Shown: one piece after another, positions 8,299 through 18,205 of the stretch | Layout of the letters: each line of letters opens with the position of its first letter | Numbering within the stretch: the first letter of the stretch is position 1 | Source of the DNA: Opitutales bacterium | Lineage (GTDB): Bacteria > Verrucomicrobiota > Verrucomicrobiia > Opitutales > PNEW01 | NCBI GenBank assembly: GCA_965219535.1 | Contig: CBDCNV010000002.1 | Location: forward strand, 150,001 to 182,000 | DNA length: 32,000 bases | Reading direction: 5' to 3' | Translations under genes and position numbers: made by a program | The notes under the pieces: model-generated | Databases searched by the model: none | Seen by the model: only the letters and a program-made list of their open reading frames with translations | Told to the model about the DNA's origin: nothing

Positions 8299-9537
8299 CT
8301 ATTTTCGATTTCGGGTCAAAAGGTGAATACAATAAAGCCAGACCGTGGCTGAGACTATGGCAATAGAAGGGTAGATAGCACCCGGTAACCTTCCAAACAG
8401 GAGAGTGGCCGAGGCGATTAAACCAGAAGTTATCCCCTTTGAAGCTCGATAGATAAACGCGTCTATTAACTCCTTGACCCGGAATCGGGCATCGAAAGGC
8501 AATGGAATATAGAGTATTTCTTTACCCGCTCGGAATACTGAATAATCTATGGCTTTAAAAAGTAGATAGGCGCCAGCACTTGCAAGGAGGGAGGGATGGA
8601 AAAACAGAATGACGCATGTCGTTAAGTGTAGAAGTGGAATCGCAAAATGCACATGACGCAGTGAAAAATAGCGAAGCAATATGGGGGTGAATATAAATTG
8701 AAATGTAAATGCTACACTGTTGAGGAGGGCATAAAAATTCCCCAGGTATGCAGTTCTTGTATCCATCACCTGAATTTCCGTTTCAAGTATTCCACTAAAT
8801 CGTAATTCCAGAACGGTAGCTATTACCTGTGTCAAAGTGACAAGCATAGCAATATAGAGGACATTCCGGTTGCGTCGAAAAAGATTGAGGGCAAGAACCT
8901 CTTGTCCCTTTTGCTGATCGAGCGAAGATGGCATGGGCTCTCCACCCAGCTTGTATGCGAGAAGTGATAGGAGGGCAGCTGGGAGCAGGGAAAAAGCAGC
9001 GAAAAGAAGAAGATGCTCTGTGCTTAGCCAATTGCCTGTTCGACCGACAAACAATCCGCCGAGAATCGCGCCAATTGAAGCAATACCACAGATCAGTCCG
9101 TTAACTCTTTTCGCTTGATCAGATTTAAGGGTGCTATTGATGAACGACCAATATTGTTCGATCAAAAGAACAATATAGGCCTCGCGAAGTACATAAATCC
9201 CACCTACCGTCAGTGTATTGCCAGAGATTATAGCGAAGTAGCAAACAAGTATACCCAATCCGGAGAAGAGAGAGGTAACTAAAAGGGTGCGCTTGGCACC
9301 GAAACGAGAAAGCAGCCAGCCATAACCGTAAAGCAAAACTAATGTTCCAATGGGACCAAGAACCAGGACAACGGGTAGTAGATGAGCGCCATAAGTTTCC
9401 AGGAAGAGTGAGACTGATGCGCTGCGGGCACATTCATAACCAGCGAGTAAAAAAAATGCAGCAAATCCCAGTATCAGGGTGGCGATAATGGGGTGGTTTA
9501 TAGATTTACGACCACCACTTTTCTCAGCACTCTCCAT
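8299..9537 (-). CDS. 12-TM MFS-type transporter (possibly TLC/Npt-like)
   Basis: 412 aa and hydrophobic throughout. The N-terminal block ARSASVSLFLETYGAHLLPVVLVLGPIGTL...YGWLLSRFGAKRTL resembles the first helices of ATP/ADP-translocase-like MFS proteins. Substrate unknown. Confidence 0.6.
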   Translation of the reverse strand: MESAEKSGGRKSINHPIIATLILGFAAFFLLAGYECARSASVSLFLETYGAHLLPVVLVLGPIGTLVLLYGYGWLLSRFGAKRTLLVTSLFSGLGILVCYFAIISGNTLTVGGIYVLREAYIVLLIEQYWSFINSTLKSDQAKRVNGLICGIASIGAILGGLFVGRTGNWLSTEHLLLFAAFSLLPAALLSLLAYKLGGEPMPSSLDQQKGQEVLALNLFRRNRNVLYIAMLVTLTQVIATVLELRFSGILETEIQVMDTRTAYLGNFYALLNSVAFTFQFIFTPILLRYFSLRHVHFAIPLLHLTTCVILFFHPSLLASAGAYLLFKAIDYSVFRAGKEILYIPLPFDARFRVKELIDAFIYRASKGITSGLIASATLLFGRLPGAIYPSIAIVSATVWLYCIHLLTRNRK

Positions 9538-9862
9538 CGTTAACCGGTCCCTTTAGTGCTACCTCTTTTATGGTAATTGGTTAATGGGTATAAATTTCTA
9601 ACCGAGCGGGGTGGTAAATGTAGTGAATGCATTGCGGGGATGATTTATATCTCCTAGTAATATTACACTAAGGGGCATCCATTTGTTTCGGTTTTAAGAC
9701 TGGGATTTAAGCGCTTTCAATTCGAAAGAAAAATATAATTAAAGGGCTTAGAAGTATTGAGTTGAGATTCCAAGAATATTCACTGCTTTTGATAAATTAA
9801 ATACATATAAGGTTGCTCTGCATTCATGGGCGTTTAATAAATGAAAATAATACTCATATATT

Positions 9863-10810
9863 ATGCCAATTATCGGAGTTGATATTGGAGGCACGAAATC
9901 AACGGTCTGTTTTGCTGATGGGGATGGACACTTGAATCATGTGGATGAATTTAAAACGACAGGTGTAGATGAAACGTTGGATAAAATATATCAAAAGGTA
10001 GAGACGCTAGCTAAGGAAAAAGATACCATTATTGGCATAGCGTGCGGTGGACCACTGGATATAGAACGGGGATTAATTCAAGAGCCGCCAAATCTTCCGG
10101 AATGGATCAATGTTCCGATTGTGAAAGAATTAAGCGAACGGTGCCGCGTGCCAGCTTATCTCATGAATGATGCCAATGCCGGTGCATTGGCGGAGTGGAT
10201 CTATGGTGCGGGCCGCGGTACATCCAATATGATATTTTTAACCTGTGGGACAGGAATGGGCGCGGGTTTAATTCTCGATAATCGGCTCTATGAGGGCACT
10301 TCGGGTCTTGCCGGCGAAGTGGGACACATGCGACTCAGTGATAAAGGACCTATCGGTTATCGCAAGGCGGGTTCCTTTGAAGGTTGGTGCAGCGGGGGTG
10401 GTTTAGCACAAGCGGCGAAAGAAAGGGCGGTTGAATTGAAAGGTGAAGCTTCATTTGATTCCGGTAATGAGAATTTAATTACGACTAAAATTGTAGCCGA
10501 AGCAGCCTTAAAGGGTGATCCTGAAGCGCTGAAGCTTTTTCAGCAATTCGGCGAATACTTAGGCCGGGGGTTAGCGATTCTTATCGATATCCTTAATCCT
10601 CAGAAAATCGTTATTGGTAGTGTCTTCGCGAGATGTGAAGAGCTGATACGCCCTTCAATGGAGGCTTCTGTTAATAGAGAATGTTTGCCTGAGTCATTTT
10701 CGCACTGTAGCGTGGTATCTTCAGAATTAGGGGACCAGATCGGTAATTATGCGGCTTTATCAGTAGCGCGGTATCGAAGTGGAAAATTCAAAAATAGCAA
10801 TTCTCGCTGA
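9863..10810 (+). CDS. ROK family sugar kinase-like protein
   Basis: N-terminal ATP motif IGVDIGGTKSTV, MNDANAGALAEW, TCGTGMGAGLI, GLAGEVGHM. The usual CxCGxxGC zinc motif after the His is absent (see findings). Confidence 0.85.
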   Translation: MPIIGVDIGGTKSTVCFADGDGHLNHVDEFKTTGVDETLDKIYQKVETLAKEKDTIIGIACGGPLDIERGLIQEPPNLPEWINVPIVKELSERCRVPAYLMNDANAGALAEWIYGAGRGTSNMIFLTCGTGMGAGLILDNRLYEGTSGLAGEVGHMRLSDKGPIGYRKAGSFEGWCSGGGLAQAAKERAVELKGEASFDSGNENLITTKIVAEAALKGDPEALKLFQQFGEYLGRGLAILIDILNPQKIVIGSVFARCEELIRPSMEASVNRECLPESFSHCSVVSSELGDQIGNYAALSVARYRSGKFKNSNSR

Positions 10811-10918
10811 GAGAAATGCATAATCGACTAGAGCGAAAAAACCAATCCTGAACCAGGTTTCAGGGCTCGCTAAAAGTTCAAGCGGAGTATAATCAAATCA
10901 TAGGTGAGATGACCACGA

Positions 10919-11359
10919 TTAGTCTATCCTGTCTTCATCGAACTCGATCATGTCGGCGAATGAGTGAAGATCCTCGCGGTCCGGGATACCCATAGCGGCT
11001 TTAACTTCTTCGAGTTTTTCTTTTCCCATGCCACGCGTGCCTTTTTGGATTAATTCCCGGTTCCACTTATAAACCTGAAGATCTTCCGGGAGTATCTCTT
11101 TTAACTTGGCATCAAGTTCGACGTTATCCCTGCTTGTCCGCACAGCCTCGACAATATCTTCGGGATCAACTCCAAGATGAAGGCAAAGAAAGCCATCGAA
11201 TCCACGCTTAAAATTTCTTTGATAGGAAGGGGGTAACTCATTTATTAGATGCTTGCGGATTTTGGCAATGAATCTAGGTAAATGAAGGAGTCCACATGCA
11301 TGGGGCACATAAGGGGAGGGTAGATCGTAGAGGACTTCACCGGTATCTGGTTTTGTCAT
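10919..11359 (-). CDS. DUF5069 domain protein
   Basis: DLPSPYVPHACGLLHLPRFIAKIRKH matches the DUF5069 signature as I recall it (..L.HLPR.IDK.R). The ORF track start at 11404 is a TTG only 31 nt from the divergent ABC gene. The ATG at 11359 (MTKPDTGEV...) is preferred. Confidence 0.65.
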   Translation of the reverse strand: MTKPDTGEVLYDLPSPYVPHACGLLHLPRFIAKIRKHLINELPPSYQRNFKRGFDGFLCLHLGVDPEDIVEAVRTSRDNVELDAKLKEILPEDLQVYKWNRELIQKGTRGMGKEKLEEVKAAMGIPDREDLHSFADMIEFDEDRID

Positions 11360-11435
11360 TGCTAATAAAATAATGTGTTGCACATCTAAGGTATGCCAAG
11401 CCAAAATCTATCAAGTTTAGTTTGTCATTAAATTT

Positions 11436-13175
11436 ATGAATATTATCTGGCGTGTTTCAGCCTATCTATTCCGTTACAAGTTCCTCTTTGGACTAACGCT
11501 CGGTCTCGCATTGGGAAGTATGCTTTTCCTGCTAGCGGTCCCGCGAATTATCCAATGGGTCTTTGACGACATTATTAAGTCTGGGCAGTTTGAATATCTA
11601 TGGTACGGGGTGTTGCTCGTGGCAGTATGCTACTTTGGCCGTGAGTTACTAAATTGCCTGCGCATTCGAGTTAATAATACCGTAGAACAAAAAGTCCTGC
11701 TCGATCTACGACGCGATCTTCACGCCAAATTATTGGATTTACCCGTCTCCTTTTACGACCGTCGCAAAAGCGGTGAGGTTGCTTCACGTGTAATCGAAGA
11801 TGTGCAGAACCTTGAAAGAGGACTGCTCGATGGGACGGAACAAGGAAGTGTAGCGATTCTCACTATAGTGGGCATTACCGCGATGCTTTTTCTGATGGAA
11901 CCCAAACTCGCAGTTCTCGTCATGGCACCTATCCCGGTGCTGCTTTTCCTTGCCTGGCAACATGCTAAAGCAACAAGGCGAAACTGGAAAAAAGTAAGGG
12001 AATCCGCCGGCGAGTTAAATAGCCTTCTCATTGAAGATATACAAGGGAATCGGCTCATTCATTCCTTTGCCCTGAGAGGGCGAGAACATGAGCGATTTAT
12101 CGCACAAGCTGAAGACTTACGTGTGCATAGTCTGCGCGCCATGTTTCGCTGGTCAATCTACAGTCCTTTATCCAGTTACCTTTCCAGTCTGGGTACTGTT
12201 GCCGTAGTGGGGATGGGAGGTTACATGCTTATGCAAGACTCGGGTTTTAGTTTCGGCCAGTTTCTCGCTTTTTTTGCGTATTGTTCCATGCTCTATGAAC
12301 CTGTTAATCGCCTTAATGGTCTCAACCATATGCTCAGTGCAGCAAAGGCTTCAGGTGATCGTGTATTCGATATTCTAGACCAACCTTTGATTATTCAGGA
12401 TCCAAAACACCCTAAACCATTTCCCGAGGGATTGCTTGAGGTTTGCTACAAGGACGCTTGTTTTTCCTATCCAGAACGCGAGGAAATTATCGAGGATCTC
12501 AATCTCATTTTACCTGCGGGTAAAGTAACGGCATTAGTTGGGCATACGGGAGCGGGTAAAAGTACCGTTGCGAACTTACTTTTGCGCTACTATGATATAA
12601 ATGAAGGGTCGGTAGAAATAAACGGTGTAGATGTGCGGTCAATGAATCTTACTGAGCTACGCAGTAACATTGGATTTGTTGCCCAAGACCCCTTTCTTTT
12701 TGACGGCACCGTTAAAGACAATTTAAGTCTCGCGCGTGAGGATGCGACAGAGGACGATATTATTTCTGCCTTAAAAGGTGCACGTTGTTGGGAGTTTGTA
12801 TCTCGTTTACCCCGTGGCATCAATACGGCAATTGGGGAACGCGGCATTCGACTGAGCATGGGTGAAAAACAGCGGCTCACTATTGCTCGTGTGCTTTTAA
12901 AAAATCCACCCTTGATTATTCTCGATGAAGCCACGTCAAGTGTAGACAGCATTACCGAGCAAGCTATTCAAGAAGCGTTGGATCTACTCATTGAAAATCG
13001 CACCGTTCTCATCATTGCCCATCGTCTTTCAACGGTGAGACGAGCAGATCATATCGTTGTCCTTGATCATGGAAGAATTATTGAACGCGGCAATCATACT
13101 AAACTTTTGGAACAGGATGGCCAATATGCCCAGTTATGGCGCACACAACAGGATTTTATTCCTGAAACTGTATAA
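11436..13175 (+). CDS. ABC exporter, fused permease/ATPase (MsbA / multidrug type)
   Basis: Six-TM N-terminal domain. Walker A GHTGAGKST, Q-loop, ABC signature LSMGEKQR, Walker B LIILDEATSSVD, H-loop IIAHRLST. Confidence 0.92.
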   Translation: MNIIWRVSAYLFRYKFLFGLTLGLALGSMLFLLAVPRIIQWVFDDIIKSGQFEYLWYGVLLVAVCYFGRELLNCLRIRVNNTVEQKVLLDLRRDLHAKLLDLPVSFYDRRKSGEVASRVIEDVQNLERGLLDGTEQGSVAILTIVGITAMLFLMEPKLAVLVMAPIPVLLFLAWQHAKATRRNWKKVRESAGELNSLLIEDIQGNRLIHSFALRGREHERFIAQAEDLRVHSLRAMFRWSIYSPLSSYLSSLGTVAVVGMGGYMLMQDSGFSFGQFLAFFAYCSMLYEPVNRLNGLNHMLSAAKASGDRVFDILDQPLIIQDPKHPKPFPEGLLEVCYKDACFSYPEREEIIEDLNLILPAGKVTALVGHTGAGKSTVANLLLRYYDINEGSVEINGVDVRSMNLTELRSNIGFVAQDPFLFDGTVKDNLSLAREDATEDDIISALKGARCWEFVSRLPRGINTAIGERGIRLSMGEKQRLTIARVLLKNPPLIILDEATSSVDSITEQAIQEALDLLIENRTVLIIAHRLSTVRRADHIVVLDHGRIIERGNHTKLLEQDGQYAQLWRTQQDFIPETV

Positions 13176-13191
13176 GCTTATCTGAAATTGC

Positions 13192-13491
13192 ATGGATAAA
13201 GAAGAATCCCAACCTGACGCCGATACTCACGAACGAATTCTCATCGTTCAGAATGAATTAGGTATTCATGCCCGTCCAGCGGCGATGATCGTGCGCATCG
13301 CGAATAAATATAATGCCAATGTGAATGTGGAAAAAGAAGATGAGCAAGTTAACGGTAAAAGCATCATGGGCTTAATGATGTTAGCAGCCGGTCAAAACTC
13401 TAAACTGCGTTTTACAGCTACTGGTGTTGATGCCGCTAAATTGCTTCAAGAAATCGAAGAACTTTTTAACCGTAAATTTGAAGAAGGTTGA
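13192..13491 (+). CDS. ptsH: HPr family phosphocarrier protein
   Basis: GIHARPAAMIV (active-site His) and VNGKSIMGLMMLAAG (regulatory Ser region). 99 aa. Begins 16 nt after the ABC exporter stop. Confidence 0.85.
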   Translation: MDKEESQPDADTHERILIVQNELGIHARPAAMIVRIANKYNANVNVEKEDEQVNGKSIMGLMMLAAGQNSKLRFTATGVDAAKLLQEIEELFNRKFEEG

Positions 13492-13519
13492 GTTATATTA
13501 ACTCATCCAATAAAACCAA

Positions 13520-14773
13520 TTAGCGGCGCCGGTTACCCGGGATCTTTTTTGTGGAATTATATCCGCGATTACGTCGTTTGGGTAAATTCTTCTTTTCTTC
13601 GAGAAACGGAGTATAATTATAATCAAATTCCTCAATCTTTACTTTCGGTATCTCTTGTCCAATAAAACGTTCAATCGCGCGAAGGAAATCCTGCTCGCCA
13701 GGACAATAAATTGTCATCGCATCACCTTCATTATTTGCTCGGCCAGTACGACCAATGCGATGGACATAATCTTCTGGATTTTGCGGGATATCATAGTTTA
13801 TCACATGGCTGACGGTACTGATATCAATACCGCGGGCAACAATGTCAGTTGCCACTAATACTTCGTATTTTCCGGACTTGAAACCCCGTAAAGCGCTGTC
13901 GCGTTCTTTCTGTGAGCGATCTGAGTGAAGCGATACCACAGAATGATTTGCCGCGTTTAACCATCGCGCGATTATTTCCGCTCCCGCTTTAGTCCGGCTG
14001 AAAATAAGGACACTGTGAAAATCGGTCTTCTCTAATAACGCCAATAAAAGATCAAATTTTTGTCGATCATCCACCGGGTAAAGGGTGTGGTTAATTGTTT
14101 CGGCAGTGGAAAAACCACCCCCAATATTAACATGCTCAGGTTCATGCAATACCCATTTCGCAAGACGTTTTATCTCCGATGGTACGGTTGCCGAAAAAAG
14201 AAGACTTTGTCTTTTGTGGGGACACTGCCTGATTATTCGACGGACATCTGGTAAAAATCCCATATCAAGCATTCGATCGACCTCATCGAGGACGAGAAAA
14301 TCTATTTTTTTTAAATTAACCGCTTTTTGTTCAAGGTGGTCGAGGAGCCTGCCCGGCGTTGCGACAATAATATCGACACCGCTTTTAAGTTCATCCAGTT
14401 GACGTCCATAACCAACACCCCCATGGATGAGGGAGACTTCGATATCAAAAAATTTCCCATAGGCGACGAATGCATCTCTAACTTGAGCAGCGAGCTCACG
14501 AGTGGGTTCGAGCACCAGGCATCGACAGGCGCCATGCTTTTTTAATAGGGAGAGTATAGGCAGTGCAAATGCATCGGTCTTGCCCGTCCCGGTATGTGAA
14601 CCAGCGATTAAATCTTTTCCCTTGAGAATTAAGGGAATAGCTTGAGCCTGTACCGCGGTAGGTTCGGTGTAGCCCTGGGAGTCAACTCCCTTCAGAGCAG
14701 TTTCACATAATCCCAGTTCGGAAAATTGAGTGATACTTTTAGAGGGTCCTGTTACACTCGTATTTGAATCCAT
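13520..14773 (-). CDS. DEAD-box ATP-dependent RNA helicase (RhlE-like), motif II = DEVD
   Basis: Q motif FSELGL...PTAVQ, motif I GSHTGTGKT, Ia PTRELA, Ib TPGRL, II DEVD (nt 14276-14287), III SAT, V ARGID, VI HRIGRTGR, and a basic C-terminal tail. Confidence 0.9.
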   Translation of the reverse strand: MDSNTSVTGPSKSITQFSELGLCETALKGVDSQGYTEPTAVQAQAIPLILKGKDLIAGSHTGTGKTDAFALPILSLLKKHGACRCLVLEPTRELAAQVRDAFVAYGKFFDIEVSLIHGGVGYGRQLDELKSGVDIIVATPGRLLDHLEQKAVNLKKIDFLVLDEVDRMLDMGFLPDVRRIIRQCPHKRQSLLFSATVPSEIKRLAKWVLHEPEHVNIGGGFSTAETINHTLYPVDDRQKFDLLLALLEKTDFHSVLIFSRTKAGAEIIARWLNAANHSVVSLHSDRSQKERDSALRGFKSGKYEVLVATDIVARGIDISTVSHVINYDIPQNPEDYVHRIGRTGRANNEGDAMTIYCPGEQDFLRAIERFIGQEIPKVKIEEFDYNYTPFLEEKKNLPKRRNRGYNSTKKIPGNRRR

Positions 14774-14999
14774 AAATTAAATAATCGGATAGTCTATTCG
14801 ATGAATGGTATTATTAACAATTACAGTATAAGGGTGTTCTACTGCTTTTTATTATCGTGATTCAGCCTTTGCATTAAAGGCTGCGAAATACCAATATAAG
14901 GCTTTGTTATAATATTTTATTTATCAAGGGCAAGTTTTTAACAAAATGGGGGAATTGCGTTTTTCTATTCAGATAACCTGATTAAAAAATTAAACGATT

Positions 15000-15881
15000 G
15001 TGACCATACCGCAAAGAGATACATACCGAGGGAGAATCGCACCTACTCCATCTGGTTATCTTCATTTGGGACATGCGCGAACTTTTTGGATTGCCCAGAT
15101 GCGCGCTCGTAAGTCACAGGGGGCTCTCATTTTTCGAAATGAAGATATAGACTACGCGCGTTGCAAACCAAAATATGTCAATGCGATGATCGAAGATTTG
15201 CGATGGTTTGGGTTTGAATGGGATGAAGGACCTGATATTGGCGGTAAACATATACCCTATATTCAAAGTCAGCGAATTCCTCATTATTTAAACGTTTGGG
15301 AAAAACTCTATAAACTTGGGGTAATTTATCCGTGTTCTCACTCTCGCAAAGACGTTCTTAACGCCCTTAGTGCACCTCACGCAGGTGAAACTGAACCAGT
15401 TTATCCACCCCAGCTGCGGCCGCCCGAAATATCAGTAAAACCTATCTCAGGTCCGGGAAAGACCAATTGGCGTTTCCGGGTCCCCGATGGTAATTCGGTT
15501 AATTTTATTGATTATCGCGTCGGAAATGTGAGATTTACCGCCGGAAAAGATTTCGGGGATTTTATTGTCTGGCGAAAAGATGGATTCCCATCCTATGAAA
15601 TGGCTGTTGTGGCTGATGATCAAAATATGGGTATTACAGAAGTCGTAAGAGGTGAAGATTTATTGCTCTCCACTGCACGTCAGCTTTTGCTCTACCGTGC
15701 CTTGAATTGGTCGCCACCCGCTTATTATCATTGCCCTTTGCTCTGTGATGATCGTGGTGAAAAATTGGCAAAACGTCATGATGCTCTCAGTTTAAGAAAA
15801 CTTCGTGAAACGGGCAACACCCCTGATTCATTAAGGAAATCCAGAAACTTTATTGAATCTGACGAGTGCATGGTAGACTGA
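15000..15881 (+). CDS. gluQ: Glutamyl-Q tRNA(Asp) synthetase (truncated GluRS paralogue)
   Basis: 293 aa, i.e. catalytic domain only. RIAPTPSGYLHLGHA (HIGH-type), FRNEDID, KLAKRH (KMSKS-type). GTG start at 15000. Confidence 0.85.
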   Translation: MTIPQRDTYRGRIAPTPSGYLHLGHARTFWIAQMRARKSQGALIFRNEDIDYARCKPKYVNAMIEDLRWFGFEWDEGPDIGGKHIPYIQSQRIPHYLNVWEKLYKLGVIYPCSHSRKDVLNALSAPHAGETEPVYPPQLRPPEISVKPISGPGKTNWRFRVPDGNSVNFIDYRVGNVRFTAGKDFGDFIVWRKDGFPSYEMAVVADDQNMGITEVVRGEDLLLSTARQLLLYRALNWSPPAYYHCPLLCDDRGEKLAKRHDALSLRKLRETGNTPDSLRKSRNFIESDECMVD

Positions 15882-15971
15882 GTGGAGTGTATTTAAATGG
15901 CAAAAAAGATTAAAATGAATCTTAAAGGGAGACGGTTCTCGAATCGGATAAAATTTTTTATTTATTAAAAT

Positions 15972-18095
15972 ATGAAAAACCCATTTCTCGACATAACGTT
16001 TGATATTCATTGGTCACTATTAAAAACAGATTTTGTGAAGTCTGGAATTGAAGAGACCTTAATGGAGGCGCAAAAGAATATAGATGACATTAGCGGCCAG
16101 GATAAAGAGCAGGTAACTTTTGAAAGCAGTTTTCTTGCGCTCGAAAAAGCCACTGAAGGGGTTGACCTGGCTTGGGGGGTTGTGAACCATCTGGATGCGG
16201 TGTGTAATTCACCAGAACTCAGAGAGGTATATAATGAACTATTACCTCAAGTATCTGAATTCTATGCGAGAATTCCTCTCAATGCCGAACTGTGGTCGAT
16301 TCTTAAAAATTTTTCTCAAAGCAATGAAGTTAATAAATTAACAGACGTAGAAAAACGTTTTCTTGAAGAGACGCTGGCAGAATTTCGCGAACAGGGAGCG
16401 GATCTTTATATTGATTTAAAGAATCGTTTCAAAGATTTGGAAAAAGAGCTGGCGCAAATTACGCAAAAGTATTCGGAAAATGTCCTAGACTCTACAAACG
16501 CCTATGAGCTCGTATTAGATGATGAGTTATTGCTTGAAGGATTGCCTCCCACAGCAAAAGAAGCAGCGCGCCTCGATGCGTTGAAAAAAGGTTTCGGCTC
16601 TGAAGAAGAACCTCGATGGAGGTTCACATTACACTATCCTTCGTTTCTCCCCGCCATGAAGTATTTGGAAAATGATAGTATCCGAAAAAAACTCTGGGAA
16701 GCGTCAATAGGAATTGGCAATTCAAAACCCTATAAAAACGATGATCTCATTTGGAAATGTCTGGAACTGCGAGAGGAAAAAGCGAAGCTCCTGGGGAAAA
16801 ATTACTTTGCTGATTTAGTTCTCGAGCGGCGAATGACTAAAAATGGTGCTACCGCGCTTGGCTTTGTAGATGATTTACATCGTCGAATAAAAGTGGCTTT
16901 TGACAAAGAGTGTGAGGAGCTGGAAATATTTAAAGCGCAAAAAACTGGAAGATCACAGGAGCATCTCGAGCCCTGGGAGGTTGCCTATTGGTCGGAAAAA
17001 CTAAGAAGAGAAAGATATGATTTTGATGAGGAAGATCTCCGGCCTTTTTTTTCTATCGACCCTGTTATTAATGGAATGTTTTCAATCGCTGAAAAAATTT
17101 TTGGGATAAAAATTAGTGAACGAGAGGTTATATATGTTGAAGGGAGCGATAATATTAAAAATATTAATCCTGATACTTTTCCTCCATGGGGAAAACTAAT
17201 GGAAGTTTGGCATCCTGAAGTAAAATATTATGACGTCTTCGACCAGGATAAACGACATCTAGGATCTTTTTATGCAGACTGGCACCCGCGTGAACCAAAG
17301 CGGAGCGGTGCCTGGATGAATTCATTTATCACAGGTCAAATTAATAAGAGCGATAATAGACGCGATCCGCATCTCGGACTCATCTGCGGAAACCTTACTC
17401 CTTCGGTCGGCGATAAACCTGCGCTTCTAACTCATGACGAAGTAAGTACTATCTTTCATGAATTTGGTCACCTCTTACATCATACCCTGGGTGAGGTGGA
17501 AATCAAATCAATGAATGGGACTAATGTCGCATGGGATTTTGTCGAATTACCATCACAAATAATGGAAAACTGGTGTTGGGAACGCGAAAGTCTCGATTTC
17601 TTTGCACAACATTATGAAACTGAAGAGAAAATACCTGATGAGCTTTTTGAAAAAATGAAACGGGCGCGAAACTTTCAAGCAGCGCGTCAAATGATGCGCC
17701 AATTGTCATTTGGTAAAATGGATTTAGAACTACACATGAACTATTCAAAATTTTTCGGTGGCGACCTCGATGCCATTCTCAACGAGATGCTTGTCGATTA
17801 TAATCCACCAAGTAAAACGACACCGCCTTCTATCATCAGGAGATTCACGCATTTATTTGCGAGCAGTCTAGGGTATGCCTCTGGATATTATTCTTATAAA
17901 TGGGCCGAAGTGCTCGATGCGGATGCCTTTACGCGCTTTAAAAAAGAAGGTGTCCTCAATCCGAAGGTGGGTCATGAGTTTAAAGAAAAAATTCTCAGTA
18001 AAGGAAATGCGGAAAATCCATCCAAATTGTTTAAAGATTTTATGGGACGTGATCCCGAACTTAATGCCCTCCTTATAAGAGATGATTTAGCGTGA
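15972..18095 (+). CDS. M3 family metallopeptidase (oligopeptidase A / peptidyl-dipeptidase Dcp type)
   Basis: 707 aa. Zinc motif FHEFGHLLHH with downstream VELPSQIMENW (third ligand Glu region), typical of thimet/OpdA peptidases. Confidence 0.9.
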   Translation: MKNPFLDITFDIHWSLLKTDFVKSGIEETLMEAQKNIDDISGQDKEQVTFESSFLALEKATEGVDLAWGVVNHLDAVCNSPELREVYNELLPQVSEFYARIPLNAELWSILKNFSQSNEVNKLTDVEKRFLEETLAEFREQGADLYIDLKNRFKDLEKELAQITQKYSENVLDSTNAYELVLDDELLLEGLPPTAKEAARLDALKKGFGSEEEPRWRFTLHYPSFLPAMKYLENDSIRKKLWEASIGIGNSKPYKNDDLIWKCLELREEKAKLLGKNYFADLVLERRMTKNGATALGFVDDLHRRIKVAFDKECEELEIFKAQKTGRSQEHLEPWEVAYWSEKLRRERYDFDEEDLRPFFSIDPVINGMFSIAEKIFGIKISEREVIYVEGSDNIKNINPDTFPPWGKLMEVWHPEVKYYDVFDQDKRHLGSFYADWHPREPKRSGAWMNSFITGQINKSDNRRDPHLGLICGNLTPSVGDKPALLTHDEVSTIFHEFGHLLHHTLGEVEIKSMNGTNVAWDFVELPSQIMENWCWERESLDFFAQHYETEEKIPDELFEKMKRARNFQAARQMMRQLSFGKMDLELHMNYSKFFGGDLDAILNEMLVDYNPPSKTTPPSIIRRFTHLFASSLGYASGYYSYKWAEVLDADAFTRFKKEGVLNPKVGHEFKEKILSKGNAENPSKLFKDFMGRDPELNALLIRDDLA

Positions 18096-18205
18096 GGGAA
18101 GTTACCCTTTAATTCTTTTTACCCATAGGATCTTCGACTTGACTTGCAGGAAATGGTGATCAGATTGTATTAAAACCCAGTGTTAATTTATAAAATAAAT
18201 AAAAG

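Noticed and set aside
11360-11404. Extended TTG start for the DUF5069 gene (MAWHTLDVQHIILLA...).
   Set aside because: It is a rare start codon, the extension is non-conserved, and it leaves only 31 nt to the divergent ABC gene. The ATG at 11359 fits the family N-terminus.
14500-14520. gggttcgagcacc, a T-arm-like string that could suggest a tRNA.
   Set aside because: It lies inside the helicase CDS and has no acceptor or anticodon stems around it. I found no tRNA, rRNA, tmRNA or CRISPR-like periodic repeats anywhere in the window.
15897-15968. 23-codon basic mini-ORF (MAKKIKMNLKGRRFSNRIKFFIY) with GGAG 9 nt upstream, ending 3 nt before the M3 peptidase ATG.
   Set aside because: It could be a leader peptide, but it is too short and too AT-biased to tell from chance without conservation or ribosome profiling data.
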